Of a stretch of 64,000 bases of DNA, positions 60,129-64,000 are shown in pieces (the first letter of the stretch is position 1; every line of letters starts with the position of its first letter). Below the pieces are notes generated by a model. It searched no databases and was not told where the DNA came from. It saw nothing but the letters and a program-made list of their open reading frames with translations. The stretch covers positions 88,226,001-88,290,000 of the forward strand of contig OY740788.1 of the NCBI GenBank assembly GCA_963514005.1, in the 5' to 3' direction. The translations under genes were made by a program, and so were the position numbers. The stretch is from Raja brachyura. Its lineage: Eukaryota.

Positions 60129-62035
60129 GTAAGTACAGTCCCAGGATGGGTCCCCCAGTCTGGGTTAGTTTCATCTGCTTTCAAGTTCCATTTACATATT
60201 GCAGTGATGTGTATCTCGTATTTTACAGTTGAATATTTCTGTTTAAAATGGAGATGTTTTGTGTTCTTGGTTCAGTGTGAGAAGGACACTGAAGTACTTC
60301 TCTGGAGTTGCTACCAAGCATGGATATCAGTTTGTTTCACTGCTTTACTAATCAAGGTTTAGAAGTCATCTGAGGCTGTTCTGATTCATCTCTGAGCAAA
60401 TTATTTATATGAAATATCAGCAGATGGGAAACACGTGTACATTCGCAACCCATATGTAAAATAAATGCATTAAACAAATGCAAGAAAGAGTGGAGATTAA
60501 AGAGGCAGATGTAATGGAGGGAAGAAAAGTAATGAGATGTGTGAAGGGGATATAATAACGAGAAGGGTGTTTATTTTTCATGTGTGGCGGAAGTGGACTG
60601 GAGCAATTAAATTCTTACTTACTGGCTTTAGGCACATTAATCTGTACGGAGTTTGTACGTTCTCTGTGTGACCATGTGGGATTTCTCCGAGTGCTTTGGT
60701 TTCTTCCTACACTCCAAAAACACACGTTTGTACATTAATTGGCTTTGGTAAAATAGTAAATTGTCTCCAGTGTGTACGGGGTGATCACTGGTTGGCACGG
60801 ACTCAGTGGGACAAAGGGGTTGATTCTACGCTGTATCTCTATAATAAAGATTCATCAGAACAGCAACAACAAGTGCGCCATAACGTATCTAACTCAACTA
60901 GATGATGATAAAACATTACCAAAGTATGTAAAGTAACCACAGTCGTGCAAAGTCAGGGCAGAGCAGGGATTTGAACACACAGCCTTGAGGTGCCCCTGTG
61001 CTGATGGTCACTGAGGCGGAGATATTGTTGCCAATACACACTGACTGAAGTCTGCCAATGGGGAAGTGGAGCAACCAGTTGAATAGGATGGAGCAGAGAC
61101 CCAGATCCCTGAGTTTGGACAGGATAATGGTGTTGAATGCTGTGCCTCAGTCAATGAACAATAGCCTGATGTATATGTTTGCATTAAACGCCAGTGTGAA
61201 GAATATCAAATCTAATGACAAAAGATTTTATAAATCTATTAGGAGAGAGAATATTGCCCAGGGAGAAATGTTGGCCCAACAAAGAGAAACAGGCAAAAGA
61301 CTGGAGAAGCAGGAACACTCAGAGCTGTGGGTGGGGAGAGAAACCGAGTTAGCTTCAGGCAGATTAACATTCATCATTCAAAAGGTTAAACCCAGGCAAG
61401 ATTTTCAAATCGATCATGGAAATGACAGATCAAGGGAATAAATTCCGTATTCCACAACAAAAACGGACAGATTTTAACATCATCATCATCATCGGCAGAC
61501 ACTCAAAACGAGTGTGACTGTCCTCTCCTCTCCACAGGGTCGTCTACTTGTGGGTCTGCAGATGTCAGCAGAGGCCGATCCGCGATCCACATGCCTTGGT
61601 GCAACGTGGGCAGTGGAGACTGGCGGTGGTTGGTAGACGTCAAGCCTCATTCTCTCTCTCCTTACGGTGCTGTCGCCTTGTCTCTGCCACACGGTGTAGT
61701 TCCATTTCGTGGCGTGCAGCTTCTTCATGCATGGATTTGCTCCAGGAACGTCTGTCTGTCCAGTGCAATGTGCTCCTAGTTGCTCGATATGATGCGGAAT
61801 TTCTTCAGACTGTTCTTGAACACACAGAGTAACGAGTCATAGTCACACAGCACGGAAACAGGGCGTGTAGGAAGGAACTGCAGATACTGGTTTAAACCGA
61901 AGATAGACACAAAATGCTGCAGTAACTCAATAGGTCAGGCAAGATCTCTGAAGAAAAGGAATAGGTGACGTTTCGGGTCGAGACCCTTCTTCAGATTGAG
62001 AGTGAGGGGAATGGGAAACGAGGAATATAGATGGT

Positions 62036-62775
62036 AGAAACATAGAAACATAGAAATTAGGTGCAGGAGTAGGCCATTCGGCCCTTCGAGCCTGCACCGC
62101 CATTCAATATGATCATGGCTGATCATCCAACTCAGTATCCCGTTCCTGCCTTCTCTCCATACCCTCTGATCCCCTTAGCCACAAGGGCCACATCTAACTC
62201 CCTCTTAAATATAGCCAATGAACTGGCCTCAACTACCCTCTGTGGCAGCGAATTCCAGAGACCCACCACTCTCTGTGTGAAAAAAGTCCTTCTCATCTCA
62301 GTCCTAAAGGATGTCCCCCTTATCCTTAAGCTGTGACCCCTTATCCTGGACCTCCCCAACATCGGGAACAATCTTCCTGCATCTAGCCTGTCCAACCCCT
62401 TAAGAATTTTGTAAGTTTCTATAAGACCCCCTCTCAATCTCCTAAATTCTAGAGAGTTTAAACCAAGTCGATGCAGTCTTTGTTCATAAGACAGTCCTGA
62501 CATCCCAAAAATCAGTCTGGTGAACCTTCTCTGCACTCCCTCTATGCCAATAATGTTCTTCCTCAGATTTGGAGACCAGAACTGTACGCAATACTCCAGG
62601 TGTGGTCTCACCAAGACCCTATACAACTGAAGTAGAACCTCCCTGTTCCTATACTCAAATCCTTTTGCTATGAAAGCTAACATACCATTCGCTTTCTTCA
62701 CAGCCTGCTGCACCTGCATGCCTGGTGTACCATGCCACCCAGGCCGCGATGCATCTCCCCTTTTCCTAATCGGCC
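62036..62775 (-). mobile_element. 5'-truncated CR1
   Basis: ORF 62132-62719 and (TTTCTATG)n tail. Confidence 0.95.
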
Positions 62776-63291
62776 TCCATGGTGATGTGGAGAGATGTAG
62801 AACTAGGATCAGTCTAACCCATTTGTGCTGACCAAGATGCCCTATCTAAGCTAGTCACATTTGCCCATGTTTGCTCACATCCCTCAAACCCTTTCCTATA
62901 TGTGTTTGTCCAAATGCCTTCTAAATGTTGAATTACACACGACTCAACCACTTCCTCTGTCAGCATGTTCCATGTACAAAACACCACCCACAGGCCCTCT
63001 AGTTCCTATTAAATTATTCCTCTCTCACTTTAAACCTATGCTCTTGTTTTTGATTACCCTCCCCTGGGAAAAAGACTGTGCAATACGTTTGTTTATGTTG
63101 TAGAGAATGTGAGGGTGGGATGGAAAGGCCAAAGAGAATGTCTGTGATGTGGAAAGACCAAATTGGTTGATGCGACAAGTTGGAAAGCGATGGTGCTTTC
63201 TTGTCTATATATGTGTTGCTGATAGCTGGGCAGGATGTACTAATGGAGAGAGAAAAGACCAAGACTCTGTCACAATTGGATGACTGGCAGA

Positions 63292-64000
63292 AATATAACC
63301 ATATAACCATATAACAATTACAGCACGGAAACAGGCCTTCTCGGCCCTTCCAGTCCGTGCCGACCATTTATTTTCCCCTAGTCCCATCTACCTGCACTCA
63401 GACCATACCCCTCCATTCCCTTCCCGTCCATATACCTATCCACTTTACTTTTAAATGTTAAAATCGATCCTGCCTCCACCACTTCTGCTGGAAGATCATT
63501 CCACACAGCCACCACTCTCTGAGTAAAGAAGTTCCCCCTCATGTTACCCCTAAACTTATGTCCCTTAATTCTCATGTCATGCCCTCTTGTTTGAATCTTT
63601 CCCTACCCTCAATGGGAAAAGCTTATCAACGTCAACTCTGTCTATCCCTTTCATCATTTTAAAGACCTCAATCAAGTCCCCCCTTAACCTTCTGTGCTCC
63701 AAAGAATAAAGACCTAACTTGTTCAACCTTTCTCTGTAACTTAGTTGCTGGAACCCAGGCAACATTCTAGTAAATCTCCTCTGTACTCTCCCTATTTTGT
63801 TGACATCCTTCCTATAATTAGGAAACCAAAATTGTACACCATACTCCAGAATTGGTCTTACCAATGCCTTGTACAATTTTAACATTACTTCCCTACTCCT
63901 ATATTCAATGCTCTGATTTATAAAGGCCAGCACACCAAATGCTTTCTTTACCACCCTGTGATTCCACCTTCAGGGAACTATGCACAGTTATTCCTAGATC
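63292..64000 (-). mobile_element. CR1 (ATATGGTT-tail subfamily) 3' part, runs off the window
   Basis: ORFs 63378-63575 and 63577-63954 are near-identical to the C-terminus of 27180-30224. Confidence 0.95.

Overview
Repeat-dense vertebrate genomic DNA. The CR1 subfamilies, HE1/V-SINE-type SINEs and Penelope pseudo-LTR fragments point to a cartilaginous fish, probably a skate or ray (inference). Most of the window is transposons: CR1 LINEs (two with open ORF2), L1/Tx1, Rex1/Babar, Penelope, three DIRS1-type elements (one apparently complete), a decayed endogenous retrovirus with a tRNA-Ser primer site, and Tc1, hAT, Harbinger and possible Helitron elements, often nested. Between them I could assemble by hand a + strand multi-exon immune receptor gene that the ORF track mostly misses. 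It has a germline-joined VJ-type Ig exon (15760-16107), a second V exon cut off by a retroposon (21708-21796), an uncharged transmembrane exon (24732-24866) and three cytoplasmic exons. These encode a YENI motif and a complete ITAM (YMDL-x7-YGHL) with an intron at the position typical of FcRgamma/DAP12. All splice phases are compatible. A 49-nt Ig-type leader exon at 60080-60128 suggests a second such gene starts near the end of the window. No leader was found for the first gene, and no database or transcript evidence was available.
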